From Eledone cirrhosa (lineage: Eukaryota): a stretch of DNA of 64,000 bases. Shown in pieces: positions 38,890 through 52,538 of the stretch. The stretch is taken from positions 296,298,001 through 296,362,000 of the forward strand of contig OZ024741.1 in assembly GCA_964016885.1 (NCBI GenBank). Direction: 5' to 3'. The translations under genes were made by a program, and so were the position numbers. How positions within the stretch are numbered: the stretch's first letter is position 1; each line of letters opens with the position of its first letter. The notes under the pieces are model-generated. The model was given only the letters and a program-made list of their open reading frames with translations, had not been told where the DNA came from and made no database searches.

Positions 38890-41137
38890 TGTGGTGGTGT
38901 GGCGGCGTGTTGCGGTGGTGGGTGGTGGTTGTTGTGGTCTCTGTTTGGTAGTGGTGGTGTGTTATGGTGGTGTGGCGGCGTGTTGCGGTGGTGGGTGGTG
39001 GTTGTTGTGGTCTCTGTTTGGTAGTGGTGGTGTGTTATGGTGGTGTGGCGGCGTGTTGCGGTGGTGGGTGGTGGTTGTTGTGGTCTGTGTTTGGTAGTGG
39101 TGGTGTGTTATGGTGGTGTGGCGGTGTGTTGCGGTGGTGGGTGGTGGTTGTTGTGGTCTCTGTTTGGTAGTGGTGGTGTGTTATGGTGGTGTGGCGGCGT
39201 GTTGCGGTGGTGGGTGGTGGTTGTTGTGGTCTCTGTTTGGTAGTGGTGGTGTGTTATGGTGGTGTGGCGGCGTGTTGCGGTGGTGGGTGGTGGTTGTTGT
39301 GGTCTGTGTTTGGTAGTGGTGGTGTGTTATGGTGGTGTGGCGGCGTGTTGCGGTGGTGGGTGGTGGTTGTTGTGGTCTGTGTTTGGTAGTGGTGGTGTGT
39401 TATGGTGGTGTGGCGGTGTGTTGCGGTGGTGGGTGGTGGTTGTTGTGGTCTCTGTTTGGTAGTGGTGGTGTGTTATGGTGGTGTGGCGGCGTGTTGCGGT
39501 GGTGGGTGGTGGTTGTTGTGGTCTCTGTTTGGTAGTGGTGGTGTGTTATGGTGGTGTGGCGGCGTGTTGCGGTGGTGGGTGGTGGTTGTTGTGGTCTGTG
39601 TTTGGTAGTGGTGGTGTGTTATGGTGGTGTGGCGGTGTGTTGCGGTGGTGGGTGGTGGTTGTTGTGGTCTCTGTTTGGTAGTGGTGGTGTGTTATGGTGG
39701 TGTGGCGGCGTGTTGCGGTGGTGGGTGGTGGTTGTTGTGGTCTCTGTTTGGTAGTGGTGGTGTGTTATGGTGGTGTGGCGGCGTGTTGCGGTGGTGGGTG
39801 GTGGTTGTTGTGGTCTGTGTTTGGTAGTGGTGGTGTGTTATGGTGGTGTGGCGGCGTGTTGCGGTGGTGGGTGGTGGTTGTTGTGGTCTGTGTTTGGTAG
39901 TGGTGGTGTGTTATGGTGGTGTGGCGGTGTGTTGCGGTGGTGGGTGGTGGTTGTTGTGGTCTCTGTTTGGTAGTGGTGGTGTGTTATGGTGGTGTGGCGG
40001 CGTGTTGCGGTGGTGGGTGGTGGTTGTTGTGGTCTCTGTTTGGTAGTGGTGGTGTGTTATGGTGGTGTGGCGGCGTGTTGCGGTGGTGGGTGGTGGTTGT
40101 TGTGGTCTGTGTTTGGTAGTGGTGGTGTGTTATGGTGGTGTGGCGGCGTGTTGCGGTGGTGGGTGGTGGTTGTTGTGGTCTGTGTTTGGTAGTGGTGGTG
40201 TGTTATGGTGGTGTGGCGGTGTGTTGCGGTGGTGGGTGGTGGTTGTTGTGGTCTCTGTTTGGTAGTGGTGGTGTGTTATGGTGGTGTGGCGGCGTGTTGC
40301 GGTGGTGGGTGGTGGTTGTTGTGGTCTCTGTTTGGTAGTGGTGGTGTGTTATGGTGGTGTGGCGGTGTGTTGCGGTGGTGGGTGGTGGTTGTTGTGGTCT
40401 CTGTTTGGTAGTGGTGGTGTGTTATGGTGGTGTGGCGGTGTGTTGCGGTGGTGGGTGGTGGTTGTTGTGGTCTCTGTTTGGTAGTGGTGGTGTGTTATGG
40501 TGGTGTGGCGGTGTGTTGCGGTGGTGGGTGGTGGTTGTTGTGGTCTCTGTTTGGTAGTGGTGGTGTGTTATGGTGGTGTGGCGGTGTGTTGCGGTGGTGG
40601 GTGGTGGTTGTTGTGGTCTGTGTTTGGTAGTGGTGGTGTGTTATGGTGGTGTGGCGGTGTGTTGCGGTGGTGGGTGGTGGTTGTTGTGGTCTCTGTTTGG
40701 TAGTGGTGGTGTGTTATGGTGGTGTGGCGGTGTGTTGCGGTGGTGGGTGGTGGTTGTTGTGGTCTCTGTTTGGTAGTGGTGGTGTGTTATGGTGGTGTGG
40801 CGGTGTGTTGCGGTGGTGGGTGGTGGTTGTTGTGGTCTCTGTTTGGTAGTGGTGGTGTGTTATGGTGGTGTGGCGGCGTGTTGCGGTGGTGGGTGGTGGT
40901 TGTTGTGGTCTCTGTTTGGTAGTGGTGGTGTGTTATGGTGGTGTGGCGGTGTGTTGCGGTGGTGGGTGGTGGTTGTTGTGGTCTCTGTTTGGTAGTGGTG
41001 GTGTGTTATGGTGGTGTGGCGGTGTGTTGCGGTGGTGGGTGGTGGTTGTTGTGGTCTCTGTTTGGTAGTGGTGGTGTGTTATGGTGGTGTGGCGGCGTGT
41101 TGCGGTGGTGGGTGGTGGTTGTTGTGGTCTCTGTTTG
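38890..41137 (+). repeat. 73-bp tandem array, ~31 copies
   Basis: ORF track repeats at an exact 73-bp period; two polymorphic positions. Confidence 0.98.
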
Positions 41138-41724
41138 GGTGGGATGATGTGTAATAGTGTGTGGTAGGAGTGACGTGAGTGGTAGTGGTGGTGTGTGATC
41201 TTGGTGTGGTGGTGTGTGGCAGTGGTGATGGGTGTGATGGCGTCTTGTGGTGGTGTGGTGGTGTGTTGTAGTGTGAGAGTGATATGTGGTAGTGGGTGTA
41301 GTATGTGATGAAGTGTGACGGGTGTGATCATGTGTTATGGAGGTGTGGTGGCATTTAGTGATGTGGAAGTGGTATCTGGTAGTGGGGGTGGTGTGGTGGT
41401 GGTGTGGTGGTGGTGTGGTGGTGGTGTGGTGGTGTGTTGTGATATGGTGGTTTGTGGTGGGGGTGTGGTGGAATGGTGGCGGGGGGTGATGATGTGTTGC
41501 GGTATGGTGGTGTGTGGTGTGGTGTAATGATGTGTAATGGTGGTATGTGATGGTTGTGTGTTGGGGGGTGGTATGTGATGGTGGTGTGGTGGCGCGTTGC
41601 GATTTAGTGGCGTGTTGCGATGTGGTGGTGTGGTGGTCGTATGTGGTGGGGTGTGATGTGATTGATAGGGCTGTTAGTGTCGGTTATTATTGGTGGCGTG
41701 TTGTTGGTGAAGGCGACAGTGATA

Positions 41725-42668
41725 TGGTGTGGTGATGTTTGAGTGTTAACACTGTTTACCCTACGATACGGAAATAGATCACAGGATTGCGAAAGCGAGT
41801 GTTGCCTTCGGGAAGCTTCTGAAGCGAGCCTGGCCAAATCGGGGTCTCACAAGAAACACAAATCTCTCTGTGTATGAGACCTGTGTCATTACAGCCCTGC
41901 TATATGAATGCGAAACGTGGACAACTTACAGGCATCACATCAGGCAGCTAGAAAGTTTTCGTCTGCATTGTACCAGACGCATCCTGAACATCTAGTGGTC
42001 CTTTTACATCTAATGCTGCTGTACTTGAGAAAACGGGCAGCACTAGCATATGAATCAGGTGCGTTGGGCTGGTCATGCGGTCAGGAAGATGGAAGACTGC
42101 CTTAACAGTTATTTTATAGGAGCTGACCAGAGGGAAAAGACCACAGCATAGATATAAAAAAAAGCCGTTTAAGGATGTCAAGCTCTGAAAATTGATATGG
42201 AGACCTGGGAGAGACTAGATAAAGAACGATCATTAAGTATGAATGTAATGTCTTTGAAGCGTTGACTCCGTAAGCGGGGCCCAAATGCAATGCCTGCAAA
42301 AATCCAGCAGGAATTGAGGTATGTGACCGATTTCTTCTAACAAAAGTTGGATTTGTCAACCATCTGAAATCACGTGAGCCAGGGAGAAATTAAGCGACTT
42401 GTGAGATGGCTCTAACGCCACACACTCCACGGTTTATTTGCAGTGAGTGTAGCTTAATTTGCAAGTTAGCTGGTGGACTGACCAGACATAGCAGAATGCA
42501 GGAAGACACATCCCAGCCGGTATTGCCAGGAAACAGACAGTTTAAGTGTCACATCTGTGAATGTGCCTGCACAACAAAAGCGGATCTGAAAAGTCACCTG
42601 CGTGCACATAATCGTGCAATGTTTAATGAAGGAAAGCCACTCTTCTGACAAGAAGTAGCAATCAACAT
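41725..42668 (+). mobile_element. RTE (BovB-like) LINE 3' fragment with C-terminal C2H2 fingers
   Basis: DTEIDHRIAKASVAFG, LLYECETW; CSECSLIC..LTRH and CHICEC..LKSHLRAH; (ATGT) tail. Confidence 0.8.
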
Positions 42669-42774
42669 GTATGTATATGTATGTATGCATGTATGTATAT
42701 ATATATGTGTGTGTGTGCGTGCGTGTAAATATATAAATGTATATTAATATATGAATGTACATTGTAAGTATGGT

Positions 42775-42943
42775 TAGTGTTAGGAAAGCCATCCAGCTGT
42801 AAAAACCCCAGCCAAATTTACAGTCCCATGAGAGCAAGGTACGGCGTGGCCTATCCTGGCCAGACTTGTTACACAACCCGTCTGACCCATGCAAGCATGG
42901 AAAAATGGACGTTAAATGGTGGTGATGATGACGATGATGATGA
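42775..42943 (+). mobile_element. SINE 3' part, family 2 (aggaaagccatccagctgtaaaa core, (GAT)n tail)
   Basis: Similar copy at 45078-45243. Confidence 0.65.
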
Positions 42944-42990
42944 TACATACATACATACATACAAACATCTTTCCATCCATCCGTACATAC

Positions 42991-44124
42991 ATGATGGCTG
43001 CAAACTCTGCCAAGAGTATCGCAATCGCTTGTCAGATTCAGATGTGTGACGCTCGGATATGGCTTTTCAAGTCTGCTAGGGACTTGCACTTCTTCGCTAT
43101 TTGACGACAACTATGGATCTCCTTGCCTCAGGTCTTGCATCAGGTTGCCTGTGAACCTTCACAATACCGTGGAGATCATAGTTCACTGGTTCTCTCTTAG
43201 CATGGCTGCGACTGGGGCTCCTGAAACCAGATCTGCTCAAGCAAATCTTTCCACATTTAGGTCACACGAATCAATGGAGACACCGATCGTTTCGAGAGAT
43301 ACGCCAGGGCATTGCTTACGCTCTCTGCGTCTGTCCTCAAAATTATGGACCTAATCATTTACCATTCCAAGCCAAGTTTCGCTTTTAAGAGCTTCTATCT
43401 CCCAGTCAGCCACCATCAAACCAGTTTTTTTATTGAGTCCTTTACACAATCTTTGAATTGGAGCCTTAGCTTGTGAGGTGGTCGCTTAACTTTACAAATC
43501 TCGCCATACAAAAGTTGTTTCGGGATTCGATCATCCTCTATTCTGCAGAGGTGTCCGGTCCATTGCAAACGTCGTTGGTGGATGATACTTTCAATGCTCC
43601 GACACTCACTTCTCTCAAAGACCTCAACATCACTCACATGCATTTGCCACTTGATACCGAGCATCTTTCTGAGACACTGCTGGTGAAATCGTTCCAGTCT
43701 ATGAATATGCCGTTTGTAGGCAACCCATGTTTCACACGCACACAACAATGCTCACAGTACACATGCAGTATACACTTTCACCTTAGTCTTCATTGTGATT
43801 CCTCGCCTGCACCAGAGACGGTCGCTGGGCCTTCCAAATGACTCACTTGCTTTACTAACACGCAGACCAAATTCTGCATCCAGAGAACAGATCACACTCA
43901 GAGTACTCCACAAATACACAAATCTGTGAGCAACCTTCAGGTTTTGGCTGCATACATATATAGAGGGTTCATTGAAAACTTTATCCGGAGCAGGTTAGTA
44001 CATGACGACAGTCTTCTTCAGACTGATTGTCAGTCCCAAAGCACTGCACACATTGGAAAAAGAATCCATAAGGCGTTGCGTGTCACTCTGGGAGTATGCA
44101 AAGAGATCACAATTATCAACATAC
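42991..44124 (-). mobile_element. RTE LINE 3' fragment
   Basis: LCACETW..LERFHQQCLRKMLGIKWQ..WTGHLCRIEDDRIPKQLLYGE; 3' end gcagccatca + tgta. Confidence 0.9.
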
Positions 44125-44140
44125 AGATGTATGTATGTGT

Positions 44141-44310
44141 TTCATGGCCAGGTCGTGGCGACTAAACCGGCAACCCCACCAAGCTTACTTGGTGAGGAGG
44201 GTGATATTTGGACACCCTGCTTGATGAAATACAAAACCCGGCAAAGGGCGGGGGAACTCAGCAGAGCCAACGGCCATCCAAATAGTACTTTTTTTTTCAC
44301 CTGGGAGTAA
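44141..44310 (+). mobile_element. RTE 5'-UTR fragment of a related subfamily
   Basis: ggcgactaaaccggcaaccccacc..ttggtgaggagggt..ggccatccaaa resembles the 5' part of 45355-45960. Confidence 0.7.
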
Positions 44311-44661
44311 AAGGCCTCCAGTTGTTGTCACAACACCATACATACATGCATACATACGTACAAACATACACTTACACACATACATACGTACATACATACA
44401 TACGTACATACATACATACGTACGTACATACATACGTACGTACATACATACATACATACATACATACATACATACATACATACATACATACATACATACA
44501 TACATACATACATACATACATACATACATACATGGTGTTTACAGCATTGCAGTAAATCTGACTAATATTGTCCTACGTGGTAACTAAAAAACGCTTCGTA
44601 TGAAAGAAAACTAATTATGTATATACAACTCGTCCAAGCATTTAGGTGAAGTATATAAGTT

Positions 44662-44692
<31 letters not shown>

Positions 44693-44697
44693 GTATG

Positions 44698-44798
44698 CAG
44701 GGTGTCCCCCAAAATTGTATACACACACTTCAAAAGTATTCTAATAAATATTACCTGTACAAATCAAAGTATGTATACATGTTTGGGGAGACACCCTG
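44698..44798. mobile_element. Tc1/mariner-type MITE
   Basis: TIRs cagggtgtcccccaaa / tttggggagacaccctg + TA; a smaller relative lies at 23938-23970. Confidence 0.65.
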
Positions 44799-44805
44799 TA
44801 TATAC

Positions 44806-44839
<34 letters not shown>

Positions 44840-44933
44840 TCGTATACATTGTATACATATATATATATGTGTGCGCATGTATGTATGTATATATGCATGT
44901 ATGTATGTATGAATGTATGTATATATATATGTG

Positions 44934-45243
44934 TCAGGTCACCAGTTGGTGCTACTGGTAACATGTATCCCAGTACAACCTGTCTCATGGTCGGGTCGTT
45001 GGCGACTAAACTGGCAACCACACCAAGGTTTCTTGGTGAGGAGGGTAACTTTGGACATCCTGCAGGACTAAAAATGAGGTTGGTGTTAGGAAGGGCATCC
45101 AGCTGTAGAAATCAAGCTAGAATCAGTTCCCATATGAGCAAGACAAGTTGAGCCGACTGGACACTGCCCACAACAGGACAACCCGTCTAACCCATGCTAG
45201 CATGGAACAACGGACGTAAAACGGTGATGATGATGATGATGAT
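44934..45243 (+). mobile_element. 5' 140 bp of the non-autonomous RTE joined to a SINE family 2 3' part
   Basis: Junction at ~45076. Confidence 0.7.
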
Positions 45244-45354
45244 ACACACACATATATATATATATACACACATATATATATATATACGCACATATACACA
45301 CACATATATATAAATATGTGTGTATATATATATATGTATATATATATTACGAAA

Positions 45355-45960
45355 AGGTCACCAGTTGGTACTACTGGTAACATATATCCCAGTACAACCT
45401 GTCCCATGGTCGGGTCATTGGCAACTAAACTGGCAACCCCACCAAGGTTTCTTGGTGAGGAGGGTAACTTTGGACATCCTGCAGGACTAAAAACAAAACC
45501 TGTCAAAGAGCAAAGGAGCTCTTAAGAGTCAATGGCCATCCAAAATCATCGGGAGAGATGACCCCTTAACCTTTGTCAAGGCAGAATTCTAGGAGAAGGA
45601 AAACTCTGATATAACACCTGCAACTCTGATGGTATCCAATGATGTTGACTTGTTCCTCTTTTTGGTAAATATCATCTTGGTTAAGAGAGTGGGACTGGCT
45701 TTGTGCAGTGCCTTTGCTCACTATAAAAGCTTCACAGCACAGGCATTGCTTTATATCTGGAGATCTCTCTGCACTTGTCGTCACATGGTACCATGGGCCC
45801 AGCACTATGTGTCAATAATTATCACAAGTGTAGTGTTTGTACCAGAGTTTTCAAGTCGCTGGTTGGACTAAAAAGTCACACTCGTTCAGCGCATCGGTAG
45901 GGGTTCTCCTACATGGATATAAAGTAGTGGCCGTACTCGAAAACGAGTTAGCAGCCACCA
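45355..45960 (+). mobile_element. Non-autonomous RTE-derived element, full-length copy
   Basis: Encodes remnant [24 protein letters not shown]; 3' stem actcg-aaaa-cgagt; (TGTA)n tail. Confidence 0.88.
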
Positions 45961-45964
45961 TGTA

Positions 45965-46000
<36 letters not shown>

Positions 46001-46152
46001 TGTATGTATGTATGTATGTATGTGCAATCAATTCCAACTAAGAATTATTGTCCCCCTTCACTAGGAAAGAAACCAATTATGATTAAGAAAATGGTTGGTA
46101 GAAAATGTCGCAGAAGAGAGTTGAGTACGTGAAATATACAAACACAGTAGTA

Positions 46153-46209
<57 letters not shown>

Positions 46210-46389
46210 CACACACATGCACGTACACACACACACATGCACGTACAACCACGTACACACACACACACACACACGTAAACACACACATGCACGCACACAT
46301 TTGTATATATATTGGTTTGTTACCTATAAATAATTAAATGGTAGACCTAGCAAATTAAAAATTAGTAAAAAACATTATTATAGCTAGTA

Positions 46390-46872
46390 GAATCCCGCCG
46401 AGGTTAGCTTTGCCTATCACCATTACAGTGTCGATAAAATAAAGTACCAGTAATGCACTGAGATTGATTGAATCGACTTTTCCCTTGTGCTCAAACCAGA
46501 AACAATTATTATAGATTGTGGACAAACCTCATTCAAATGAAATCACCCATGAAACTGTTGGACCTCCGTCGCTTTCGACGACAAATGTTCCAGTTGTTCA
46601 ACAGAATAACTTGCTCATGTAATTAACGTGCAAGTGAGCGAGTATTCTACAGACATGTGTACCCTTTACCAAGTCCTAAGGAAGATTCATTGTGCCACAG
46701 TGTGTAACAAGGTTTGTCCTTTCAATTACAGGTACAACTCATTTCTGTCAGTTGGGCGGAATTGGCACAACGTGAAAATAATTAGTTTCTTACTCAAGGA
46801 CATACGTTCCACCAAGAATCGAACACAGTTCTTTTTTATCGTGTGCCGAGCACACTGACTACTAAGCCAGGC
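46390..46872. mobile_element. SINE family 1 fragment (+, 46390-46510) and a longer tRNA-SINE of another family (-, ~46540-46872)
   Basis: Minus strand ggcttagtagtcag..gtgttcgattc..gtccttgagtaag (A/B boxes). Confidence 0.7.
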
Positions 46873-47184
46873 GCAACCTTTACTATTCAAGAAATTTGTA
46901 GACAAATACCCCATCCCACTGCCGGGCTCTTTCAAATCTAAAAACAACAATCAAGGGAGATAACACCAATAACATTAGTTGAACGAGTTTCTGGAACAAT
47001 CTAGACAATACAAATTGAAGTGGATCTCCATTGGTGAAGCACAAGACACATGTTTTCTATATTTATATCTTACATGCCATGTAAAGTGTTTCCCTCAGGT
47101 ATTTTCCCTTAATCTTATTGTTGATATTCATAATCACCATCACCTATTTACCCATGTCTCTCTCTCTCTCTTTCTCTTCCTATC

Positions 47185-47225
<41 letters not shown>

Positions 47226-47549
47226 GCATACACACGCCTTGATCACTTGTATGTGTTGCACCAATTGAATAGAAATATGTTTCGTTCTGAAGAGGTTTTG
47301 GAAGACATTTAATGACAGCAATCTCCACCAGATGACGAATAAAACATTTCACACTTCACTAATACAACAACCACAACAACAACAACTACAAGACTAACGG
47401 TATAAACAACGACAGCAACAACAAGTACAACGATCACGACAACGATAACTATAACTTCAACAACAAGAACAACAACAATGAAAACAATAACAACAAAATC
47501 AACTATGACGACAACGATGACAACGATGACGATGACAACGGTGACGATG

Positions 47550-47587
<38 letters not shown>

Positions 47588-47709
47588 AACTGCAATAACA
47601 ACACTCCATTGGTAATATAAACAGATGTTTACTGTCTCAAGTGACACAACAGAAGAGACATGAAATGGAAGACGTTGACAACATCTTATTGTTGATAAAG
47701 ACTCATCTC

Positions 47710-47747
<38 letters not shown>

Positions 47748-47758
47748 ATCACCTTTCC

Positions 47759-47789
<31 letters not shown>

Positions 47790-47889
47790 CTTCTTCTTCT
47801 TCTCCACCCCCCTCCTCCTCCTCAAAATTGGACTTGGGGAAACTCGATCGAATGTCGGACAAAAATGCTTTATAGTTTAGATTTACTGT

Positions 47890-49112
47890 TAAGTTACGGA
47901 ACTTTACGTTATGAGTTCAAATCCCGCCGAAGTCAACATTACCTCTCGTCCTTCCTCGAGATGCATCGGGCGATAAAATAAAATACCAATCAAGTACAGA
48001 GGTTGATTTAATTCAATTTACACTCCCCTAAAATTGCTGGACTTGTGCTTAAATTAGAAACCAGTCCTGTTATTTTTTTCACTTTTGCGCAGATCGATCT
48101 TGTGTCCATTTTATAATCCCAGGATCGAGTTATAAGACAAAGTAAAGGTCCTTTGTAATTCTCTCATCGGCAGTTCCTAACAATCCATGTTTTCTCCACC
48201 TAACTTTGTAATATAATTAACTCATTCTGTCTTTCTTCTTCTTCTTCTTCTTCTTCTTCTTCTTCTTCTTCTTCTTCTTCTTCTTCTTCTCCCCCCCCCC
48301 CCCTCCTCCTCCTCCTCCTCCTTATTCCTGAGAGGTGTCGTGGAGCAGACTTCAAACACTCCTTCCAGCGGGTCCTGTCTTATAAATTCTTTTTCTTAGA
48401 TATTTTCATTTTCATTATTGTATACAAGGGCGGTGCATTGGCAGTATCGGTAGAGGGTCGGGCGCCATGCTTTGAAGCATAGAGTTACCTCCCTTTATGA
48501 TCTGAGTTCAAATCCCGCCGAGGTTAACTTTGCCTTTCATCCTTACGGGGTCGATAAAATAAAGTACCAGTAATGCACTGGAATAATTGCTGGCCTTGTG
48601 CCAATAGTAGAAACAATTATTGTATACTTGGTCTAAATAGCAGCTAAATCACCTTCATATATATATCTGTTTCTCCACTGGAGGCGCGTGGTAAGGCTGT
48701 TGAACTTATGATCATAATGTCGTGAGTTCAATTCCTGGGTTGGGTTGAATGCTGTGCTCTTGTGCAAAACTCTTCATTTCATGTTGCTTCAGTATATTCA
48801 GCTGAAAAATGAGTACCAGCAATAGCTGGAGGTTTAACCCTGCGATGGACTGGCGGAGTCTTATACTCTCAGTCGCTTCACGCCACGGAAACCGGGCTCG
48901 AGATAGACTTTAGACATTTAGCACAAGGCCAACAATTTGTGGGGAGTAGGAAAGTCGATTAAATATACCCCAGTGCGTTACTCGTATTTTATTTTATCGA
49001 CCTTGTAAGATTAAAAGGCAAAGTTAATCTCAGCGGGATTTGGACGCAATACGCAAAGGGACGTAATTGTATGCCGCAAAGTATGTCCAACGCACTACCG
49101 ATACTGCCAATT
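47890..49112. mobile_element. SINE cluster: family 1 at 47890-48062(+), 48438-48620(+), 48920-49112(-); another tRNA-SINE at 48680-48897(+)
   Basis: B boxes gagttcaaatccc / gagttcaattcc and shared cores. Confidence 0.8.
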
Positions 49113-49522
49113 CTATTCATTGAAAAAAGGGTAGCTAAATATCCATCATTCCGCGGATAATTGTCTTAAAATATGGAACAGAGTAGGACACATCGGACAA
49201 CTTAGTCCAGGATACGCTGTGTCTGAATAAATATAAAGATGGGATGGTCACGAAAAACCAGATGAAGACTGATCTAGTGTTAAACAGCAACAAAGCTCTA
49301 ATAACTCAAAGAACGCTGTCGATTAACCTGCTAAAAATAGCAGCCATATATCTCTCTCGCCTCACTCTCTCTACCGTCCTAAAGAACGTGACGATGTACC
49401 CAGAAACATATATACTGGATACATTATACGTTGTCCAGTTCTCTTCGCCTTTTTGTAAGCTTTACCTTATACCTTTGTATATTATTTGCCTATATTCTTG
49501 TTTGATGTGCTAAGTAACTGTT

Positions 49523-49645
49523 TCTCCTGACGACATGCAGATCCATGTCAGAATGTCATTTAAAGTATTAATTGTAACTGTTTAATTCATTGATTAAATG
49601 TACTGGCGTGACACTTACTTGTATAGAAACAATTGTTGAGATTAA
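49523..49645 (+). ncRNA. Hammerhead motif with extended stem II (PLE remnant)
   Basis: tctc CTGACGA..~90 nt..GAAAcaattgTT gaga ttaaa. Confidence 0.6.
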
Positions 49646-50477
49646 AGATGGTTTTGGATTAGCAACGTTGGTTTTCATTTTTATGAATACAAAAACACCG
49701 ACAGACTAAAATTGAATTAACAACATTAAGACAGATATGTTTATCCATTAAGAATGAAAAAAAAAAACAAAAAAAACTGAGTGCCAAATCAACTCGAGAT
49801 AAATACTTTGTACTTGAACTGGACTGATAAAAATGGTAACTTCACGTGTGCTGCGTATGTTTTTATATTTTTATATATTCATTCTCTATGTAAAACGCTA
49901 ACCCTTTGTCTGCACCTGTTAGTGCTTATTAAAAATATTTCCGTTCCTACGAATCAAATGACAAACTTTATTTCATATATATATAGAATATTAATAGCAA
50001 CATTCTAAATAAATATACGATAGATAAGTAATGCCTGGTACTTAAACCTACTCATTGCCACATATTAGATAATTTTTCACTCCTGCAATGTCACACAACA
50101 TATATCACTCTAACTGTATCAGAAAAATATCTGTTAATATTGTAAATTGTAATGGCGTAAGAATTGTAACACAACCTATGGTTTTGCACGGTCACAACAC
50201 TCCATGTAAAAAATATGCTTTTTGAACCTTACTGCTTGCTTTACGTTTATTGTTTTGATATGATGTTTATTCTTGAAACCATTTGAAATCGGTAAACTTT
50301 ATTCTTTCTCAGTTTCCTAGGGATATGCGCTTTATAGGTATTATATATGGTGTAAATAATTAATAACTAATCATTTGCAGTTGTTCTGCAAATGCATGTA
50401 CCATTGTAACCGTATTGAAATGAACGTAAAAATAAAGGAATGAATGCAAGTTGTTAACCTTGTTTTTATTGTTATAC

Positions 50478-50608
<131 letters not shown>

Positions 50609-50784
50609 AAAAAGTAAACAGAACAAAGTAAATGACACAGTAGATTAAAGAAATGTTTGGAACTGAAATGCGATCATTATAACAGCAACTGTGTGGCATT
50701 AGTGTGACATCATCAGATGTCAACACAATTATGTGAATGAGTTGATATATCGCAAGCAAACGCTACCATGTTTACAATATATAC

Positions 50785-50876
<92 letters not shown>

Positions 50877-50912
50877 AATATGGTTTTATAAAGATAGTTT
50901 CCATTTATTAAT

Positions 50913-50959
<47 letters not shown>

Positions 50960-51571
50960 CGTAGAAATGTCCATGATCTCCAGCAGACAACTGTTGAAAG
51001 GGAATTTATCCCCCGTTCGTGCTTTCCTCTTATTTATAAATACACTATATCCAGCAAGTACACAACCCCAGTTTCTTCTAAAAAGTTTTTATCAAGTTTT
51101 GCTGTGACCTGTTCTCTTTTTCTCCCTATCTACTTTGCTGCTATCAACTCTTCCCCATTCTTTCTTTCTTTCTCTCCCTTTCTCCCTCTCTCTACTAGCT
51201 ACCCCGTTGCTTCCGGTGTTTCTCTCGCCTGCCTCTTTTTCACCTACACTTGCGGAGGTCAGACCTGTTTTTTTCACGTCCACACAGCCTCGGTCTTAAG
51301 TCCAGTAGGTGATGTTGACTTTCATTTATTTTCTCTCTTCGGTATTGAGTACTCTTTCTCGACAGCACACGGATATTATATATATTATAGAGTCGGGACC
51401 CGCTGCCTCAGCTCTTGTCGTTTAAACAGCTAGCTAGTAATGGTCTAACTAGTTTGAAACTGGTTTTATTCTTTTATATATATATATATATTAATAAGAG
51501 GAATTCCAGCTTTGTCTGATTTACTCGTTTTATTTACTAAATAAATATATATTTATCTATCTATCTATCTA

Positions 51572-51618
<47 letters not shown>

Positions 51619-51701
51619 TATGTTAAGGTATCAATACATATTTAATATGTAACGATATATGACTCTCTCTCTCTCTCTCCATATATCTTTTAAATTTGAA
51701 T

Positions 51702-51786
<85 letters not shown>

Positions 51787-52249
51787 TATAGTTATGTATA
51801 TACTATATACAACTATAAACAGGAAAGGTCAGTAATACACAAACATCTTTGCCTGCCTGATATGCTTGTAAACATATGTTATTTTATGTGATACCTTTGC
51901 CATGCAGTAATTATGTATGCCTAGTACCATTGCTTGTTTCCTTCCTGTATATGCCTAACGCATTTGCACTCTCTATACGCTTGCATATGTACTGCTAGTG
52001 TCCTCGTTTTACGAGTAACTTTCTACCTTAATGCCTCTTTAATTATTATACTATTCCCTTGTAATCTCTGTCGCATGCATTCCACTCTGTGCCTTTTTAA
52101 TTTCTAATTTTTAATTTTAATTATTGTACAATTCTCTTGAAATCTATGTCGCATCCATTCCACTCTGTAAATACGAAACATTAATATCCATGTATCTATA
52201 TGATTGTTCAGTTGAATAGGAGGTTAATTATATGTACAAACATTGCTAG

Positions 52250-52301
52250 TGCTCCGATGATTTCAAACGAAAGTTTGGAAGAAACGATTGTCAGCAATAA
52301 A
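52250..52301 (+). ncRNA. Hammerhead motif (CCGATGA variant) at the end of a pLTR-like remnant (~51830-52335)
   Basis: tgct CCGATGA t-ttcaaac-gaaa-gtttggaa GAAAcgattGTC agca, overlapping AATAAA. Confidence 0.72.
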
Positions 52302-52332
52302 ATGATTTGAACATGGCTTTGATTATTGTGTA

Positions 52333-52383
<51 letters not shown>

Positions 52384-52462
52384 AGGTAATTCCGAAGGAA
52401 AAGCAAAGGAAAAAAGAGTGCTCTATGTATAGAATAGAGCTATTTAATTAAATATATATATA

Positions 52463-52537
<75 letters not shown>

Positions 52538-52538
<1 letters not shown>

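Noticed and set aside
36914-38890. 658-aa H/T/P-rich ORF (and 366-aa ORF 35757-36857)
   Set aside because: Open only because the C/A-rich strand lacks stops; unit lengths are not all multiples of 3, so the three frame-peptides alternate.
38891-41147. About 29 repeated 68-aa Cys/Gly/Val/Trp ORFs
   Set aside because: Overlapping translations of a 73-bp satellite.
42406-42648. Host C2H2 zinc-finger gene
   Set aside because: Collinear with a decayed RTE ORF2 C-terminus and followed by the RTE tail.
48070-48140. Plus-strand acceptor ttttttcacttttgcgCAG with a short frame
   Set aside because: Weak donor, an early stop in all frames, and wedged between SINEs.
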